Source: Clostridia bacterium
GTDB lineage: Bacteria; Bacillota; Clostridia; TANB77; CAG-508
Direction of reading: 5' to 3'
Assembly (NCBI GenBank): GCA_022798335.1
Contig: JAAWMH010000009.1
Span: 604-64,603, forward strand
Length of the DNA stretch: 64,000 nt
Within the stretch, counting starts at the first letter, position 1. Every line of letters begins with the position of its first letter. The notes beneath the pieces were generated by a model. That model was not told where the DNA came from. It ran no database searches and worked only from the letters and a program-made list of their open reading frames with translations. Shown here piece by piece: positions 1 through 10,864 of this stretch. The position numbers were made by a program, and so were the translations under genes.

Positions 1-2
1 AC

Positions 3-359
3 TTAAAAAAATATACAATTATAACACAAGATATTTTAAACAATAACAAAGAACTATATTCTAACACCGAAAATTTAATAATTGTAAAACCATTACATAT
101 TAAATCACCATTAAGGAATGAAAACGAAAAAAGATATGTAACAATTGAAAAAATTATGCTAGATTTATATGTAGACAAATTATATATTCAATATCAAGGA
201 AAGGAATTAGAAACAATATACGAAAACATTTTTGAAAAGTATGATATTGATTTTAAGAGATTAATAAAATATGCTGAATTTAGAACAGATATAAAAGAGT
301 ATAAGAAGTTTATAAATAGCTTAAATATACCAGAGAAATACAAGCTAAAGGAGAAATGA
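3..359 (+). CDS. 5'-truncated AbiEi-like antitoxin (type IV TA partner), C-terminal part
   Basis: The frame of ORF 156..359 is open back to the window start (LKKYTII...KPLHIKSP...TIEKIMLDLY). It sits directly upstream of an AbiEii gene. Confidence 0.6.
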   Translation, partial: LKKYTIITQDILNNNKELYSNTENLIIVKPLHIKSPLRNENEKRYVTIEKIMLDLYVDKLYIQYQGKELETIYENIFEKYDIDFKRLIKYAEFRTDIKEYKKFINSLNIPEKYKLKEK

Positions 360-360
360 T

Positions 361-1416
361 ATGTTAGCAGAACAACTCAAGAATAAGGAATTTTTAGAAA
401 AAACAATTAAAAATTTAAAGAAAGAAAATCCTTCAGCAGATATTCAATTATTAGAAAAAACAATTGGAGCATTGTATTTAGTTGAAAGTTTAGTAAATAG
501 TGGATTGGACTTTATTTTTAAGGGAGGCACTTCTCTAGTATTGCTATTAGATGAAATAAAAAGATTTTCTGTAGATGTAGATATCATTACTGAAGAAAGT
601 AAAGAGAATGTCAAGAAAATACTAGAGAATATACTAGAAAAGCAAGAGTTATTTATAAAAGTAGAAGAAAATGTACGTGAAAATTCTGCCAGTCAAAGAA
701 TGGAATTGCAGCATTATAAATTTTTCTTTAATTCAGTTATAGACAATTCGGAAAAATATATATTATTAGATGTTGCATATGAAAGTAACAAATATCCAAA
801 AGTAATTGAAAAGAAGATTCAAAATGATAAGCTGAAGGTGGAAAGTAATTTGAATGTAAAAGTACCTTCAATAGAAAGTATTTTAGGAGATAAATTAACA
901 GTGCTAGCACCAAAAACTACAGGAATAAGTTACAACTCTAATAAGGAACTCGAACTTATGAAACAACTTTATGATGTAGATAAACTTTTTAATGAAGCAG
1001 AAGAAATGATTGAAATTAGAGAAAGTTTTATCAATATAGCAAATAGAGAAATTAATTATAGAAAATTAAGAGAAATTACATATGAAGATGTTTTAGACGA
1101 CATAGAAGATTTTGCAAAAGAGATTATTTTTATGCAAGATAAAGCAAAACTAGAAAAGATAAGTATCGGTATGAGAAAAATTGCAAATTTTAGACTCGAA
1201 AAGAAATTTTTAATAGACAAAGAAGTATTACTAGCAGCTAGTAAGCTAAAATATTTAGTGTATTTAATTGAAAATAATGAAACAAAAATAGATAAATATG
1301 GAAATACTGATATACAAAATGCTGATATACCTAAAGAATATAAAAAGAGAGTGAAAGTGATACAGAAAATTAATGAAGAAGCATATTATTACATAATTAA
1401 AAGTTTAGAAAAGTAA
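361..1416 (+). CDS. AbiEii/AbiGii family nucleotidyltransferase toxin
   Basis: Motif FKGGTSL...RFSVDVD; later LGDKL and KQLYDV; RBS aaggag. Confidence 0.85.
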   Translation: MLAEQLKNKEFLEKTIKNLKKENPSADIQLLEKTIGALYLVESLVNSGLDFIFKGGTSLVLLLDEIKRFSVDVDIITEESKENVKKILENILEKQELFIKVEENVRENSASQRMELQHYKFFFNSVIDNSEKYILLDVAYESNKYPKVIEKKIQNDKLKVESNLNVKVPSIESILGDKLTVLAPKTTGISYNSNKELELMKQLYDVDKLFNEAEEMIEIRESFINIANREINYRKLREITYEDVLDDIEDFAKEIIFMQDKAKLEKISIGMRKIANFRLEKKFLIDKEVLLAASKLKYLVYLIENNETKIDKYGNTDIQNADIPKEYKKRVKVIQKINEEAYYYIIKSLEK

Positions 1417-1498
1417 ATATATGATTTAGGTTGTAATATCACGAAAAAGTTTTGTAAACGGAAAAATCATAATGAAAATTTTATAAAGGAATAAAAAT

Positions 1499-2533
1499 AT
1501 GAAAAAGAATACGAAGCAAAAACTAATATTAGCCATCATATTGGCAATAGTAGTAATATTGTGTGGCTTATATATAAAATGGAACGAAAAATTCAACAAC
1601 CAATACGATAATATTAGTATAAGCAAAGAAGAATTAAATATATTCTACTTTAATGTAGGACAAGCAGATTGCACACTCATAACTATAAATGGAAAAAGTA
1701 TATTAATAGATGCTGGAAACAAATCAGACGGAAAATACATAGTGGAATTTTTGAAAGAAAAGAGACTAGAAAATATTGATTACTTTTTTATTACACATGG
1801 AGATATGGATCATAGAGGAGGAGCAGAAATTATTTTAGACAATTGTAATGTGAAACAAATATTTATGCCAGAGGGAATAAAAGAAGCAGAAGAAGATTAT
1901 CAAGACTTAGAAAAGATAGCAAATAGAAATAATAAGCAGTTATCTAAGATAGAAACAAACGATAAATTTAATTTAGATAGGGCAGAAGTTGAGATATTAT
2001 CTGTAAAAAATAATACTTCAAATTCCGCAAATGAAAGTTCCATAGTTATTAAGTTAAATTATTTAGATACAAGTTATCTATTCATGGGGGATGCAACACA
2101 AGATATAGAAAGTGAAATAGAATGTAGTAGAGTAGATGTTCTGAAGGTTGGACATCATGGCTCGGACTCAAGTACATCTAAAGAATTTCTTAATAGAATT
2201 AGACCTACATATGCAATTATTTCAGCAGGAAATAATAAACAATATAATCATCCAACAAATGAAGTATTGCAAAGATTAAAAGACGCCAATATACAAGAAA
2301 GTAATATATTCATAACTAAAAATCAAGGAACTATATGGATTACAAGTGATGGAAAAAACATAGAAATACAAACAAGGAAAGATATTAATTTAGATGGAAC
2401 TAGTCAAATTGGACAAATGAGCATATATAATATATGTTCATTTTTTAATTCTATAGTGTGTATCCGTTTGGCTTCTCAACAGGTATATATTGATTACCAT
2501 CAAATTGAATGTAAGTACCACCACATTTTATAG
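1499..2533 (+). CDS. ComEC/Rec2-like metallo-beta-lactamase fold nuclease, membrane anchored
   Basis: N-terminal TM; motifs NVGQAD, THGDMDH, FMGDA, KVGHHGS, YNHP. The C-terminal tail looks like read-through. Confidence 0.85.
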   Translation: MKKNTKQKLILAIILAIVVILCGLYIKWNEKFNNQYDNISISKEELNIFYFNVGQADCTLITINGKSILIDAGNKSDGKYIVEFLKEKRLENIDYFFITHGDMDHRGGAEIILDNCNVKQIFMPEGIKEAEEDYQDLEKIANRNNKQLSKIETNDKFNLDRAEVEILSVKNNTSNSANESSIVIKLNYLDTSYLFMGDATQDIESEIECSRVDVLKVGHHGSDSSTSKEFLNRIRPTYAIISAGNNKQYNHPTNEVLQRLKDANIQESNIFITKNQGTIWITSDGKNIEIQTRKDINLDGTSQIGQMSIYNICSFFNSIVCIRLASQQVYIDYHQIECKYHHIL

Positions 2534-2804
2534 AAGTATCTAAAAGAGATTGTGGAATTTCATACTTTTCTGAAAACTTTTGATTAGTATCAAGGCAAGA
2601 AGCATAACCTTCCTCAATATAATCAACATAGAAAATAGTATCTTTAGGTAATTCGTCAAAACTTAAATTTTTAGAATTAGGTTGCTTCATTAAAAGATAA
2701 TACTTTAACTCATCTATAAATTTATCAATAAATGAATTATCATAAGATTTTACGTTTCTTTCGAGAGTTAAATCAACAGAATTTAAAATATCATAAAGGC
2801 TCAT
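2451..2804 (-). CDS. hypothetical protein
   Basis: 117 aa ORF with strong RBS AAGGAGGTG upstream. Confidence 0.7.
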   Translation of the reverse strand: MSLYDILNSVDLTLERNVKSYDNSFIDKFIDELKYYLLMKQPNSKNLSFDELPKDTIFYVDYIEEGYASCLDTNQKFSEKYEIPQSLLDTSIKCGGTYIQFDGNQYIPVEKPNGYTL

Positions 2805-2909
2805 TTACAATCACCTCCTTTAAAGTAGTTTAGAATATAATAAAAAATGATTGACAAGAAAAGTATATATACTATAGCAAAAATACGATAAAAAATCAAT
2901 GAAAATAAA

Positions 2910-2978
2910 AAAATACTGTATTAGCACAGAAAATAGTACTAATACAGTATTTTAAAGTGCAAAATTTGCACTTTAAAA
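2910..2978. terminator. two abutting inverted repeats (terminator or operator)
   Basis: aaaatactgtattag...ctaatacagtatttt followed by ttttaaagtgcaaa-a-tttgcactttaaaa. Confidence 0.55.
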
Positions 2979-3281
2979 CAGAATATTATTGTCTTTACAA
3001 CATCCCATAATCAACTGCACCCCATCACAAAAACCATTCCTATAATACTTCTTGTTCCAATACTCAAGATAGTCAATAAAATTATCATAAAGGACATCAA
3101 GCTGCTTTTGAACATATTTTCTGTTTGCTTCAGAAACATTAGCTAAAATATTATCAGAAAGCTAATCAAAATAAAGGTAATGCTCCTTATCCTTTTCAGA
3201 ATTATTAGCAAAGATTTGATCTTCCCTAAATTCCAACCAATCTTTCAAAATATCATTATTTACTTCTCTAAAACTATTCAT
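2973..3281 (-). pseudogene. small helical protein with an internal in-frame TAG
   Basis: RBS GGAGG, ATG at 3281. MNSFREV...YLYFD*LSDNILANV...YYRNGFCDGVQLI continues in the same frame past TAG at 3162-3164. Confidence 0.65.
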
Positions 3282-3444
3282 AATCAATACCTCCATAAAT
3301 CTAAAAACTGGGCTCAATTTGGGCACTACTTCCACCAAAAACAACCCAAAATCACATAAATTTACAAAGTACAAAACTAAAGCACACCAAATATACCAAC
3401 AAAAACCGACAAAAGCCTTGTAAACCAATACTTACAGAGAATTA

Positions 3445-3461
3445 CTCATAACCCGAAGGTC
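3445..3461 (+). mobile_element. tRNA-Met(CAT) anticodon-arm fragment, probable att-site remnant
   Basis: CTCATAACCCGAAGGTC matches the anticodon loop to variable region of Firmicute initiator tRNA; the flanks do not fold as a tRNA. Confidence 0.65.
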
Positions 3462-3557
3462 ACCGTCTAAATTTTACAAATATGATATAAATTTTAGAGA
3501 TATAAAAAGTATTTCTGGAAGAAAGAATATAAATATAAAAATTTCTTCCAAAAGTTA

Positions 3558-3586
3558 TTGAAGAAAAATGTCGTATATTATATAAT
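3558..3586 (+). promoter_or_regulatory. sigma-A-like promoter of the Ssp-like operon
   Basis: TTGAAG-17 bp-TATAAT. Confidence 0.55.
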
Positions 3587-3617
3587 AACGAAGGAAAAGA
3601 TAAAATGGAGAAATTAA

Positions 3618-5354
3618 ATGATTAAATATACCTGTAATAATTGTAAAGGATTAGAATGTGAAACTAGTATATGCCCTGTATGCCATCAAAGAGCGCAAAT
3701 AAGCAAATCAGAAATATATTGGTGCGAAAAATGCAACATACCAAACTATGAAATAAAATGTCCGTTATGTAATAAGGAAGGGAAGTATATAGGAACAGAT
3801 ATTAGACCAGTATTTGCAGAAGAAAGGCTTTTGCTAGAAATATTAAAGAATGAACATTTTAAATATGCAGGTCAATCTATATGGAATACGAGTGGAAATA
3901 ATTATATTGCAAATGGAAAAAAAGTAAAATTCTCAATAAAAGAAAGTTTAGATAAGGTTAACCCAGAAGAAATCAGGAAAGAAATAGAAAAACAAAAGGA
4001 AAAAAATGAACAATATGTAAAAGAATTTTATGAACAAGAATATATAAAAAAGTTTATACAATCAAACAAAATTAGGCTAAATTATATTATGAACGAAGCA
4101 ATAGAATATATTAGAAAACAAACAAAAAAATATAAAGATGATGAGATGTTTGTTTCCTTTAGTGGAGGAAAAGATTCAACGGTAACAAGTGATATCGTAA
4201 TGAAAGCACTAGGAAGAGAAAATATAATTCATATATATGGAGACACCACATTAGAATATCCAACAACAGGAATGTATTTAACAAGATTTAAAGAAAAACA
4301 TAAACAAACACCCATGTTAGTAGCAAAAAACAAAGAACAAGACTTTAACGAACTTTGCAAAGTAATAGGACCACCAAGTAGAATGATGAGATGGTGTTGT
4401 ACTATATTTAAAACAGGAGCAATAACACGAAAAATAGATACAACTTTTAAAGATAAAAAAAATATACTTACTTTTCAAGGAATTAGAAGAAACGAGTCAA
4501 CAGCAAGGAATAAATATGAAAGAGAAAGTGAAAACTCAAAGATAGCAAAACAAATAGCAGTATCACCCATTATAGATTGGACAGAATTTGATATTTGGTT
4601 ATATATTCTATCAAATAAAATTGACTTTAATGATGCATATAGACAAGGCTTTGCTAGAGTAGGATGTTGGTGCTGTCCTAATAATAGTTCTTGGTCAGAA
4701 TTTTTATCCTCTATATATATGCCTAAAATGCATAAAGAGTTTAAAGAAATATTAATTGAGTTTGCAAAATCTATAGGAAAGCCAGATCCTATAGAATATG
4801 TTAAAGAAGGAGGCTGGAAAGCAAGACAAGGTGGGAATGGTTTAGAATTTAGTAAAAATGCAATTGTTGAATTTAAACCATGCGCTTTAACAGAAAATAC
4901 TATTAATTTCGAACTAACAAAACAGATAAATGAAACATTATATGAACTATTTAAGCCATTTGGAATTATAAATTATACCATAGGAAATAAAAGGTTAAAT
5001 GAAGTATATGTACTAAATAAAAAAACAAATGAACCAATTTTAAAAATAATAGGAAAAAAAGGACAAAAAACATTAAAGATTTCTATTCTAAAATTTATAG
5101 GACCGTTAAAAGATATGAAAACAGCAGAAATATTAATAAAAAATCAAATAACCAAATTTCAAACTTGTATAGGATGTTTAGCATGTGAGAGTAATTGCAA
5201 ATACAATGCAATAAAAATCTCAAATATAGGAACCAAAGAAGAAATTGAATATAAGATAAATGAAGATAAATGTGTAGGATGCTTAGAATGTGTAAAACAT
5301 TTCTCAGGAGGATGTTTTATGAAAAAAGTATTACGCACAAAAATAGGAGAATAA
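3618..5354 (+). CDS. PAPS reductase family protein with Zn-ribbon and C-terminal 4Fe-4S domains (SspD/DndC-like)
   Basis: SFSGGKDS, RWCC, GIRRNES, RVGCWCCP; two CxxCxxC motifs. Confidence 0.85.
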   Translation: MIKYTCNNCKGLECETSICPVCHQRAQISKSEIYWCEKCNIPNYEIKCPLCNKEGKYIGTDIRPVFAEERLLLEILKNEHFKYAGQSIWNTSGNNYIANGKKVKFSIKESLDKVNPEEIRKEIEKQKEKNEQYVKEFYEQEYIKKFIQSNKIRLNYIMNEAIEYIRKQTKKYKDDEMFVSFSGGKDSTVTSDIVMKALGRENIIHIYGDTTLEYPTTGMYLTRFKEKHKQTPMLVAKNKEQDFNELCKVIGPPSRMMRWCCTIFKTGAITRKIDTTFKDKKNILTFQGIRRNESTARNKYERESENSKIAKQIAVSPIIDWTEFDIWLYILSNKIDFNDAYRQGFARVGCWCCPNNSSWSEFLSSIYMPKMHKEFKEILIEFAKSIGKPDPIEYVKEGGWKARQGGNGLEFSKNAIVEFKPCALTENTINFELTKQINETLYELFKPFGIINYTIGNKRLNEVYVLNKKTNEPILKIIGKKGQKTLKISILKFIGPLKDMKTAEILIKNQITKFQTCIGCLACESNCKYNAIKISNIGTKEEIEYKINEDKCVGCLECVKHFSGGCFMKKVLRTKIGE

Positions 5355-5357
5355 GCA

Positions 5358-6215
5358 ATGAATAATAAAGTAAAACTAAAGGGACACGAAAGCTTTTCAA
5401 TCAGAGAAGGATGGCTCACAAAGGGAATTTTTGAAATAGAAAAAAATCCAAAACTTTTTTTAGAAAAAAATGTAACAGATATCTTAGGAATTGGAACTAA
5501 TATGGTAAAATCTTTAAGATATTGGCTAATTGTTTCAAATTTAATAAAAGAAGATAAAAAAAATAGTTATATATTAAGTGAGCTAGGAAAATTAATAAAA
5601 GAAAAAGATCCTTATATGGAAGATTTATTTAGTTTATACTTAATCCATATACAAATTGCACAAAATACACAAAGAGCACTTATTTGGAATTTGTTTTTTA
5701 ATAAATGTAATATAAAAATATTTTCTAAAAGTGATCTGCAAATGAAAATAGAATACTTATTAGAAAGTGAAAACTTAGAATATAATAGTAAAATTTTAAA
5801 TGATGAAATAGCAGCACTATTAAAAACTTATGCAGCAGAAACAAAAAATGATACACCAGAAAATAACTTTACATGTCCATTAACAGACTTAAAGTTAATA
5901 AAAAAAGTAGATAAAGACACTTATAGAAAAGAAAAACCATCTATTAATAATTTAGACCCCTATATAATATACTGGCTAATTCTTTGCCAAGCAAAAGAAA
6001 ATAATAGTATTAATATAGAAGACTTATTAAGAGAAGAAAACTCAGTAAGTAAATTATTAAACTTAGACAAAGTTTTATTAAATGAATATTTAGACATATT
6101 AAAAAGAATGGAGCTAATTACATTGAATAGAACAGCAGGACTAAATATGGTATATATAAACCAAAGATATACTTTACAAGAAATATTTGAAAAGCACTTT
6201 AGAAAGGAGAAATAA
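5358..6215 (+). CDS. DUF4007 family protein (SspB-like)
   Basis: GHESFSIREGWLTKG, LGIGTNMVKSLRYWL, DPYME. Confidence 0.85.
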   Translation: MNNKVKLKGHESFSIREGWLTKGIFEIEKNPKLFLEKNVTDILGIGTNMVKSLRYWLIVSNLIKEDKKNSYILSELGKLIKEKDPYMEDLFSLYLIHIQIAQNTQRALIWNLFFNKCNIKIFSKSDLQMKIEYLLESENLEYNSKILNDEIAALLKTYAAETKNDTPENNFTCPLTDLKLIKKVDKDTYRKEKPSINNLDPYIIYWLILCQAKENNSINIEDLLREENSVSKLLNLDKVLLNEYLDILKRMELITLNRTAGLNMVYINQRYTLQEIFEKHFRKEK

Positions 6216-6217
6216 AC

Positions 6218-9200
6218 TTGAAGTACTCCGATATAGTAGAAATAAATGAAAGCTTCCAGTACTCTATTAATTTACAATTTGATATCAATAATATAGAAAA
6301 AATAAAACAATATATACCAACGAGTGATAGCTGTGAAGTATTAGAATATTATATAGATAGCATTTTAGGAAAAGCTAGTAAAGCAACCACTTTAGTAGGA
6401 CCGTATGGAAAAGGAAAATCACACTTATTGCTCATACTACTTACATTATTAAACAATTATAATAAAGAAGATGAAAAAGAAATCAATGAACTATTAAAAA
6501 GAATACAAAAAATCAATTTATCTTTGTATCAAAAGCTAAATCAAATTAGACAAGAAAAACTAAAATATTTGCCAGTAATTATTAACAGCAATTATAGTGA
6601 TATGAATCAAGCATTTTTATTAGCAATTTCAGAAGCACTAGAAAAAGAAGAAATAAATGACCTTGTCATAGATACATATTTTGATAAAGCTATACAAGTA
6701 ATTGAAAAATGGGAAAAAGAAGGACATAACGAAATTATTGAGAAATTAGAACTATGCTTAAAAGAAGAAACAAGTAGCTTAGCACAATTAAAAGATAAAT
6801 TAAGAATTTTTGAAGAAGCAGCCTATAAATTATTTAAAAAAGTATATAGTAAAGTCATGCATGGAATAGAATTTAATCCATTAATTAATACAGACATTGT
6901 GAAATATTATCGAGATGTTAATTATAGAATAGCACAATATGGATATAATGGAATGCTAATATTGTTTGATGAATTTAGCAAATTCTTAGAATATGTTGGA
7001 AGCGAAAGCATGATGAAAGACTTAAAAATAATCCAAGACTTTGCAGAATTAGCAGCAAGAACACAAAAAAAGGAACAGATTATATTTTCATGCATTACAC
7101 ATAAAACAATTAATGAATACATAAAAAATTTAAAAGAAAATAAAGTAAATGCTTTTAAAACCGTAGAGGGAAGATTTAAAGAAATTCAGTTTAATAGAAG
7201 TATGGAGCAAAACTATGAAATAGTAGCACAAACTATCATAAAAAAAGCAGAATTCGACAAACATACTAACAAAGTAATACAAGAAAAAAAGGACTTCTAT
7301 GAACAAATAGAAGAAGCATTTCCATTTGCTAGAATTGAAAAAAGAGAAGAACTTATTTATAAAGGATGTTATCCACTAAACCCAGTAACTGTTTATGCTT
7401 TAATACATTTAAGCGAAAAAATAGCACAAAATGAACGAACGCTTTTTACATTTTTAACAGACGATGATACCAGTGGATTTAAAAGTTTTATAACAAATGA
7501 AAAAGACGCAAAATTATTCAATATAGATAAAATATATGACTATTTTTATAACATACTAAAAAGAGAAAATGATCAGAGCATTAAAGAAATATGGATAAAA
7601 TCAGAAAGTTCAATTAGTAAAACAAATGATGAAGAAGAAATAAAAATACTAAAAGCATTAGCAGTAATGTATATGATAAACAACTTTGAAGAGTTAATGC
7701 CTAAAGATATCACCCTAATGCTAGCATTAGATATAGATAAAAAAGTATTTTATGAAAAAATGAATCATTTAATAGAAAAAGGCATTGTAAAGCAGAAAAA
7801 AACAAATAAGGCATATGACTTTTGCACAGTATATAATCGAGAAGTATTAAAGCAAATAGATAATATAGTAGGAACCAAATTTTCAGAAATAAACGAAAAA
7901 GAAACACTAAATAAAGTAGTAAATTTAGGATATGTTATCCCAAGAAGATATAACCAAAAGTTTAAAATGACTAGGTTTTTTAAAATGCTATTTATAACAG
8001 AAGAAGAAATAAAAAGTTTAAGTTCCTTTCATATACTTGAAAAAGAAAACTTTAGTGATGGAATCATTTTAAATTTAATAAAAAAGACTAGGAACATAGA
8101 ACAAATAAAAGAAAAAGTAATGCAAATAAACGATGCAAAAGTAATTGTAAGAATACCAGAAGAAACATTCTCAGAAGAACTATTTCAAGCATTAAAAGAA
8201 TATGAAGCTATTCAATATATTAAAAACGTAGAAGAAATAGAAGAAGAAATACAAAAAGAGTTAGAGCTAATAGAAGAAGAAGAAATAGAACTTATACAAA
8301 ATGAGATTGAAAAAAAGTTAGATCCAATGCATATTCAAGAAATGTATTATTTAAATCAAACATTAAAATCTGAAAAATTAACTAGTTTAGTTTCAGATAT
8401 ATGTGAAAAAATATACAAAAATACACCAATTATTAATAACGAAATGATGAATAAAAATGAAATATCTGCACAAATGCGTAAATCAAGAGAAATAGTAATT
8501 GATAGTGTTTTAAATGAAAATAAAGAAATGATAAAAAGTAATACAAGTGCAGAAGCAACAATCTATAAAGCAATTGTAGACAAAAAAGAAAACCAAGATA
8601 TCCGCAATGCACTAAACATAATAAAAGAATTTATTCAACAAGCAGAAAATGAAGAAAAGGTCAACTTTGAAGAATTATGCAAAATTATACAAGAAGAACC
8701 GTATGGAATTAGAAAAGGAATATTACCAATATTAATAGCAATTTCAATAGAAGAATATGGAGAAAATATAGTTTTATATTATCAAAATAAAGAAATAGAA
8801 ATGAATCGGAGAAAATATTTCTAAAGCAGTAGAAGAACCAGAAAAATATTATATTCATGTAGAAAAAGGAACTTCTAATAAAATTAATTTTGTATCGAAT
8901 TTATTTAAAGTATTTGAAATAAATGAAACTGAAAATTATAGAAACAATATTAAGTTATTAACAAGTGAAATGAAAAAATGGATATTATCGTTACCAAAAA
9001 TAACAAGAGAAGTATCAAAAACAGATACCATTATTTTTAATAACTCTTATATAGAATTAAAAAATGATTTATTAAAACCAGATATGAACAATAACGAATT
9101 TCTATTTCAAAAAATAGGACAAAGCTTTAAAGAAGAAAACTATGAACAATTAACAAAAGACATAACATCTTTTAAAAATGTATATGATAATTATTTAACG

Positions 9201-9713
9201 CTATATATAGACGAAATAGTATATAATTTTAAAGAAAAATTTGAACACAACTCAAAAAGTAATCTAAACATACTACTAAGTAATTGGAATAAAGAAATTA
9301 ATCCTCAAGTAAAAGAAACTGTTATGAGATTAGAAGTCAAAAATATATTTGACTATATCAATAACTTAAATACTTATAATGATAGAGAAATAATAGAAAA
9401 CATATCTAATATAGTAGTAGGAAGATATATAGAAGACTGGAAAGAAGATACTTATGACGAATTTTTTGAAAAATTAACAGATATATTTGATGAAATAAAG
9501 CAAATAGAAAAAGCCGACTTAGGAGAGCAAGAAAAAATTATTATTTCAGATGGAAAAGAAGAAATACAAAAATATATTAATACATCTGAAATTAGTTTAA
9601 TAGGAAATACACTAAAAAACAATATCGAAGACTCTATCGAAGAATATGCAGATGCAATTTCAGAAAGTGAAAAAATAAAAATATTATTACAAATTATAAA
9701 AAAATACATGTAG
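6218..9713 (+). CDS. large P-loop ATPase (SspC-like), ~1164 aa, reconstructed through a +1 shift at CGG 8807
   Basis: GPYGKGKSH, LFDEFSKFLE, YPLNP, QNERTLFTFL. AAT-C-GGA-GAA joins ORFs 6218..8824 and 8970..9713 with no stop in the +1 frame. Confidence 0.8.
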
Positions 9714-9723
9714 GAGAGAAAAA

Positions 9724-10851
9724 GTGATTTATTTCGATAATGCAGCAACAACATATCCAAAACCAGAATCTGTATATGAAGCTCTAAATAAGGCAAACAG
9801 AGAAATGGCATTTAATGCAGGAAGAGGAAGCTATAAAAAAGCAAGAGAATTATCTGCTAAGATAGATGAAACAAGAAGTCTTTTAGCAGATATTGTAAAA
9901 GCAAATAAAGATAATGTTATATTAAAAACCTCATCTACTAGTGCTCTAAACAATATCATATTAGGCATAGACTGGAAAGAAAATGATAACATATATGTGT
10001 CACCATTTGAACATAATTCCGTAATGAGACCACTTGAACATATAAAAAAACAGTATCATATAAATATTATTACACTACCATTCAATAAAAAAACTTGGGA
10101 AATAGAACAAGAAGCATGGAACTTATTTGCTTTAAAAAAACCAAAATGTGTTATATGTTCATCTAAAAGTAATGTTACAGGATATGAATTGCCAACAAAA
10201 GAAATTTTTAGAGAAGCTAAGAAATATAATAGCATTACTATTTTAGATGCATCACAATCTTTTGGAGTAGATAAAACAATAACAAAAGAAAATACAGACT
10301 TTATTATATTTGCAGGGCATAAATCACTATATGCAAGTTTTGGAATAGCAGGCTTTTTAAAATTAAGCAAAGTAGAACTAAAAACAGTAGAATTTGGAGG
10401 GACAGGTTCAGACAGCTTAAATCTTAATATGCCAGAAGAAGAGCCAAATAAATATGAATCTGGAAGTAAAAACATAGTAGCTATTTTAGGACTTAATGAA
10501 AGTCTAAAATGGCTTAAGAATACAAATGTAAAACAAAAAGAAGAAGAGTTAACACAATATTTATATAAACAATTAAAACAAATTCCTAAAATGATTATTT
10601 ATACACCAGATAATGAAAAAAAATGCATAGGACTCCTTTCAATCAATATAGAAGGATATAGTGCAGAAGAAGTAGGTAGCATATTAGACGAAGAATTTAA
10701 TATAGCAGTAAGGACAGGCTATCATTGTGCACCAATAGTACACGATTTTATAAACTCTAAACAGTATAATGGAACAGTAAGAATAAGCCTAAATTACTTT
10801 AATACAAAAGAACAAATAGATACATTAATAAAAGCATTAAAAAGTTTGTAA
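9724..10851 (+). CDS. cysteine desulfurase (SspA/DndA-like, class V aminotransferase)
   Basis: IYFDNAATT, EHNS, DASQ, GHKSL, RTGYHCAP. Confidence 0.9.
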   Translation: MIYFDNAATTYPKPESVYEALNKANREMAFNAGRGSYKKARELSAKIDETRSLLADIVKANKDNVILKTSSTSALNNIILGIDWKENDNIYVSPFEHNSVMRPLEHIKKQYHINIITLPFNKKTWEIEQEAWNLFALKKPKCVICSSKSNVTGYELPTKEIFREAKKYNSITILDASQSFGVDKTITKENTDFIIFAGHKSLYASFGIAGFLKLSKVELKTVEFGGTGSDSLNLNMPEEEPNKYESGSKNIVAILGLNESLKWLKNTNVKQKEEELTQYLYKQLKQIPKMIIYTPDNEKKCIGLLSINIEGYSAEEVGSILDEEFNIAVRTGYHCAPIVHDFINSKQYNGTVRISLNYFNTKEQIDTLIKALKSL

Positions 10852-10864
10852 AAAGGGAGAAAAA

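Noticed and set aside
3162..3164. TAG stop-codon reassignment
   Set aside because: Single instance; TAG terminates other genes in the window at their expected ends
3618..10851. BREX type 4 or classical dndABCDE
   Set aside because: No recognisable PglZ, BrxL, DndD or DndE; DUF4007 plus ATPase plus desulfurase fits Ssp better
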